Shown in pieces: positions 61,277 to 64,000 of a stretch of DNA of 64,000 nucleotides. The stretch is from NCBI GenBank assembly GCA_977017575.1, contig CDRNVI010000201.1:37261-101260 (forward strand), written 5' to 3'. A model generated the notes under the pieces. That model ran no database searches. It saw only the letters and a program-made list of their open reading frames with translations, and was not told where the DNA came from. The position numbers and the translations under genes were made by a program. Position 1 is the stretch's first letter. Each line of letters opens with the position of its first letter. The stretch comes from Paramoeba atlantica. Lineage: Eukaryota; Protista; Discosea.

Positions 61277-61829
61277 ATGGCAACAGGAATGGGAAGGGCC
61301 TTTTAAAATTAAGAGTTATGATTCAAAGACTAAGGGTTATGATTTGGTTTATTTGATGGGAGCCCCCTATGCTAACAAGGTTCCAATTTCTCAATTGAAA
61401 GTGGTAAAAGCTGAAGTTAAAGTTGATAAACTTTATGAAGTTGAGAAAATTTTGGAAGATCATGGTTCTGTTGGAAAGAAAGAATATCAAGTTAAGTGGA
61501 AAGGGTTTGATGAGAAGTTGTGGATTCCTGCAACTGATTTTTTTGCTGATGATTTGATTCAAAAATATCATCTAGAGGCTTTGAAGAGTAAGAAATATAA
61601 CTTTCGTTAAAAGAAGTGATTATTTCTGTTCTGTAATGTTGTTGTAAGTGGTTGTTAGAAGTTTTATTTTTGTTTTTGTTGTGATTTTTTGTTTTGTCGT
61701 ATAATTTTCGGTGGAAATGTACACTTGGGGGGGGTGTCAGGTTGTGAGAGTGTTTCGACTCTCAAAGATGCTTCTCGATTTGGTGTTGTTTTGTTGTTTC
61801 CTCTGTGTTTTCCCAATTAGGGAGCGTTA

Positions 61830-61930
61830 GGGTTGGCACCCTTTTTTTTTTTTTTTTTTTTTTGAGGCAGATTTTATTCAATTAGTAGTTCTTAATCTAA
61901 GCCATTTGAATTACATTAAATTATGTTTGT
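61830..61930. mobile_element. Rearranged SINE remnant in the gypsy 3' LTR (11-nt head on +, then T-tract and ~70 nt of tail on -)
   Basis: ggttggcaccc + T-run + gaggcaga...ttatgtttgt, rejoining LTR sequence through a tgtttgt microhomology. Confidence 0.7.
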
Positions 61931-61960
61931 ATTAGTAATAGAGATGCACCACTCCGTACT

Positions 61961-63630
61961 GTACATCACTACCATGGAGCTTACATCCAAATAGGGCAGC
62001 CAAACACAGAATGGTTCTCAAAGTGGAGGAATGAGCAACAGGGGAATACACCTCATTGATGGAGTCCAGAATAAATGAAGAGCCATTGACACAGTATCAT
62101 GACTTGAAGGAAGTAACCTTTCCATGTTGTGTTTTGATGTGATATCTCTACAAACCAAGTAAAATTACCACATTTGAATAATCAATTTAGTTCTTGTGGA
62201 CAAAGACAAAAGCTTTCCTTTTCATGAGGGCATTGCACTCTCTCTTCATTGATTCAAGCCATTCGTGCTTCTCTCAGAAGGCAATAGCATCTTTGAAAGT
62301 TTTCAGGGTCAATGCAGTTGAGATGTCTTCCTCAGCCATGAGAGCAACCATCATTGAGATTTCAAAATCATTCCATTGTTTCTTCTTCCTTTTTTGAGCA
62401 GATCTTCTGGGTTCAGAGGGAGTTTGGGTCAAACTGGGTACAGGTGGGATAATATCTCAGTCATGTGCACCAGATTCATAGAAACCATCTGAATATTCAA
62501 AGTTTTCAGGGCCATGGATCAATTCCTCCCCTCCATCTTGGGATTCCTCCTCACAAGATGTCTCTTCCTCAAGTTCCTCAAATGAAATAGGTTCAGAAGA
62601 TGGTTGTGGTCTGAAAAGGTCAATAGGAGGAGCAGAAGATCCACCAATATACTTCTGGTAAAAAGATTGAACACCAAAGGCAGTCTCGTCAAAAACCACA
62701 TTAGCAGACTTGAAAAATTTCTTCACAATTGGATCCCACATGTGGTAAGCAGTCATATTGGGGACAGGTCACACATAAATTCTGAATCAAACTTTGGGCT
62801 TCAATTTCTTCTGTTGTTCCTTGGGTAGCAAAGAGAAAGCATGGCAGCCAAAGGCTCTGAAGTACATCCAGTCAGGTCAGGTTTTGAAGAGAGCTTCCAT
62901 TGGTGAGATCTTTGCCATTGCCATGAACAGTAGATTGGTAACACAAATCAAAGAATTCAGCTGCTTCAGGCCAGAAGAAGTCAGGACAGCGACCAGAATG
63001 GAGGTTGGATCTGATTCCCTCTTGAGAGGTATGGTTGTATCTCTCAGCAATTGTGTTTTGTTCATGTTCAGAATGTGCAAACCATTGAAGATGGATCCCT
63101 TTCTCTTTACAAAATTTCGAAAGTTTTCCATGCTTACCAATGAACTCTCCAGCACTATCACATTAGATAATCTTCACACGAGTGTCACATTGTTGTTCCA
63201 ATTTTGCGACAGCAACAATAATATCATCAGCAACATCATTCTTCAGCTTCAAAGATGAACAGAGAGGATGATGAGATTTGTGTTCAATGATTGTCAACTG
63301 GTACTTGAAGCCACCAATTCCCACAACATTCAAATACAAAATGTTGACATGAATAAATTCTCTGTAATTGAAATCATGCCATGGTTTGATTTTGATATGT
63401 GGAGAGTGAGAAAGCTTCTCAGAAACACATTCCAATATACAATCAGTTTTGTTATTGTGGAGCACTCGAGGTAAATTGCAGCCAATTTGAAGCTCACCAG
63501 TCTGTTTAATTGAACTAATGTGTCCAGCCCATAGGTGCCAAATCAAGAAAGATTCACAGTGTTGGGGATGGAGCTCACGGTTGCGACGCTTCTTCTTTCC
63601 AAGCAGAGCAGTGCTAGGTGATGGGAGTTG
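61961..63630 (-). mobile_element. Copia copy B, integrase to RT start, truncated by the telomere
   Basis: Near-copy of 50454-52120; ends abruptly at the telomeric array. Confidence 0.92.
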
Positions 63631-64000
63631 GTTAGGGTTTAGGGTTTAGGGTTTAGGGTTTAGGGTTTAGGGTTTAGGGTTTAGGGTTTAGGGTTTAGGG
63701 TTTAGGGTTTAGGGTTTAGGGTTTAGGGTTTAGGGTTTAGGGTTTAGGGTTTAGGGTTTAGGGTTTAGGGTTTAGGGTTTAGGGTTTAGGGTTTAGGGTT
63801 TAGGGTTTAGGGTTTAGGGTTTAGGGTTTAGGGTTTAGGGTTTAGGGTTTAGGGTTTAGGGTTTAGGGTTTAGGGTTTAGGGTTTAGGGTTTAGGGTTTA
63901 GGGTTTAGGGTTTAGGGTTTAGGGTTTAGGGTTTAGGGTTTAGGGTTTAGGGTTTAGGGTTTAGGGTTTAGGGTTTAGGGTTTAGGGTTTAGGGTTTAGG
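63631..64000 (+). repeat. Telomeric array (TTTAGGG)n, about 52 units
   Basis: Perfect 7-mer repeat to the window end, G-rich strand running 5'-to-3' outward; first unit GTTAGGG. Confidence 0.98.

Larger units (their letters stand above)
55843..61960 (+). mobile_element. Decayed Ty3/gypsy LTR retrotransposon with C-terminal chromodomain, inserted in copia B
   Basis: 5' LTR 55843-56160 (TGTCA..GTACA); two CCHC knuckles; RT (DLSSAYHH, YLNN for YLDD); RH CDASQ; HHCC and core integrase; WEGPFKI; chromodomain 61431-61570; G8 PPT 61727-61734; rearranged 3' LTR from 61735. Confidence 0.93.

Overview
This is a eukaryotic, AT-rich, intron-dense chromosome end. It is probably a free-living protist, and the gene families suggest an amoebozoan (inference only). 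Most short poly-F/poly-K ORFs in the track are intronic microsatellites. From 1 to 48 kb the genes are: a tandem double pseudokinase, a Ser/Pro-rich hypothetical gene, an ARM-like/TPR gene, a choice-of-anchor-B (LVIVD) secreted protein, a degenerate eIF4A copy, five Frizzled/Smoothened-like CRD-7TM receptor genes, TMEM45-like, a 71-aa microprotein, an uninterrupted 1195-aa secreted mosaic protein, and three related ankyrin genes built as one repeat per phase-0 exon, with variation concentrated at the binding-surface positions. Between two of these ankyrin genes lies a largely intron-free block containing a TET/JBP-type 2OG-Fe(II) dioxygenase. From 48.7 to 63.6 kb is a nest of retroelements. 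An older copia copy (B) carries a full-length copia of the same family (A, TSD GTACA) and a chromodomain Ty3/gypsy (also at GTACA). Three full-length copies of a ~420-bp tRNA-headed, poly(A)-tailed SINE with long TSDs sit inside these elements. The copia PBS matches the 5' half of tRNA-Lys(CUU). All TE copies show strong CpG-to-TpG/CpA decay. Copia B is cut off by a (TTTAGGG)n telomere at ~63631. Exon boundaries were read by eye and some gene ends are approximate.
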